Assembly: GCA_964252035.1 (NCBI GenBank)
Contig: OZ176200.1
DNA length: 64,000 nt
Strand: one strand, 5' to 3'
Source: Podarcis erhardii
Taxonomy: Eukaryota
Shown here: positions 62,370 to 64,000 of the stretch, piece after piece
Layout: each line of letters begins with the position of its first letter
Position numbering within the stretch: the first letter of the stretch is position 1
Program-made: the position numbers and the translations under genes
The notes under the pieces: generated by a model
Database searches by the model: none
Told to the model about the DNA's origin: nothing
The model's input: only the letters and a program-made list of their open reading frames with translations

Positions 62370-63280
62370 CTATGCAGGAAAAGAAAATATATAAATCTCT
62401 GGAAGTTCTAGGATGCCAGTTGCTAAACTGGAGGAGTACGTACAATTCAAAGCAAGCAATTTCTTGACCTCTTTGTGTAGCAACAGGCTGATCAAGGGGT
62501 GGGCTCTAGCTGCTGACCAATAAAATCCACTGACTATTTTATTCTGTGCAACTCTGAATCATTTAGTTTTTGCTTTTGATGCAGCGTGAACAGCAAAGTC
62601 CAGGTGGCCATCTTTTACTTTGCACGAGGCCGCCCCATCAATCTTTATTTTTTGTGTGCTTCAATGGCTCTAGAAGTGAGGCACACTGTATCAAAACTGC
62701 CTCTTAGGCAAGGAAGGGAGACAAAGGGCCACAGCAGAGTCAATTCATTCCATTACTAAATCATAGGGGATTTGTGAGAGACCACTAGATTCTATTCTTT
62801 TCTCACACTCTCCCTGCCTTTATGAGGTCAAATTCTTCTTACCCTTGAATACAACGAAGGCTAGGTAGCAGTGCTACTAACTGTGATTGACATTAATTTG
62901 CATTTCAAGTTTGTTTCAAATTCAAACTCTGGCAAGCATTCAAAATGGTTAACAGTGCTTCAGACAGCAAGGGAGGGGACTTGTGTTTGAGAAGAGAGGG
63001 GTGTGCCCATCCCATATCCCTTAAGCACCATTAAAGGATGAGCCACATTATGTCTGCAACAACCCAAACCCACCAATGGCTGAATCCACTTAATATTTTT
63101 TAAAGCAACCTCAGGCTACCTGCCCCCTCAGTAACTCACCATGTTCCATTCTCAGTCCCATTGGAAAATACTCTGAAATAGCAAGAGATATGTTTTAGAC
63201 AATGTACATAGATTGCTATGCTATATTTATAAATCACTGACGCCATTGCTTTCTTCCCAATTCCACATTTAGTGCCTTCC

Positions 63281-63620
63281 CGCTGTGGGTTAAACCACAG
63301 AGCCTAGGATTTGCCGATCAGAAGGTTGGTGGTTCGAATCCCTGCGATGGGGTGAGCTCCCATTGCTCGATCCCTGCTCCTGCCGACTTAGCAGTTCGAA
63401 AGCACGTCAAAGTGCAAGTAGATAAATAGGTACCACTCTGGCAGGAAGGTAAACAGTGTTTCTGTGCGCTGCTCTGGTTCACCAGAAGCGGATTAGTCAT
63501 GCTGGCCACATGACCCGGAAGCTGTACGCCAGCTCTCTCGGCCAATAAAGTGAGATGAGCGCCGCAACCCCAGAGTCGGTCACGACTGGACCTAATGGTC
63601 AGGGGTCCCTTTACCTTTAC
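63281..63620 (+). mobile_element. Near full-length Sauria SINE
   Basis: Box B GGTTCGAATCC at 63331-63341; 3' tail CCCTTTACCTTTAC. Confidence 0.92.
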
Positions 63621-64000
63621 TTTTATACCGCTAGGAGTATAAGCAATGAGCCAGGAACACCCTGGTTCAGAGCTCAGATTGCCTTATCAAGCAATCATCT
63701 TCTAAAGAATACTGAAATAATATATGTGAAGAAGTCTGAACACTAATGAGATATGATATAAAAATTTTCCTCCTCCTCATTACTATTATGATTATGCTGT
63801 TTCGTTTATTTGTTGCACAAGCTGCCTTTTTAATTTTTCAGTATTCTTCCCAGCTGGCAAGGAACTGCTGACTTTGGATTAAAATCAAGGTGTACATTTC
63901 ACTGCTCCAATGCTATCCAAACAAAAGTGCCTCTCTAATACTTCAGCCAGTTCAAAGGTCCATGTCTCTTCTGGATCACTTGCCCGATGTTAATCAAATG

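Noticed and set aside
63281-63345. tRNA-like sequence with box B (also at 7270-7321, 28250-28321, 34080-34154)
   Set aside because: These are SINE heads continuous with SINE bodies, with no complete cloverleaf, so they are not tRNA genes.

Overview
Vertebrate genomic DNA, most likely a lacertid lizard (inferred from Sauria SINEs with (ACCTTT)n tails and other squamate-type repeats). It holds the conserved PDIA5-SEC22A-ADCY5 block: the last two coding exons of PDIA5 (+, ends in KDEL), the whole SEC22A gene (+, CpG-island promoter, one non-coding and six coding exons, 308 aa) and the last five coding exons of ADCY5 (-). Introns and intergenic DNA carry SINEs, CR1/L2/L1/Bov-B fragments, and Tc1/mariner- and hAT-type MITEs. 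The most striking content is very young Penelope-like elements (PLEs) of two families in SEC22A introns, with seven complete minimal hammerhead-ribozyme cores. One TSD-flanked insertion ends at the predicted ribozyme cleavage site. Two fold-back, pLTR-only insertions with identical termini sit in (TA)n tracts, one forming a spacerless 250-bp palindrome. One RT/GIY-YIG ORF has a 185-aa tail whose last codons overlap the ribozyme. All calls come from manual reading and recalled homology; no searches were run.
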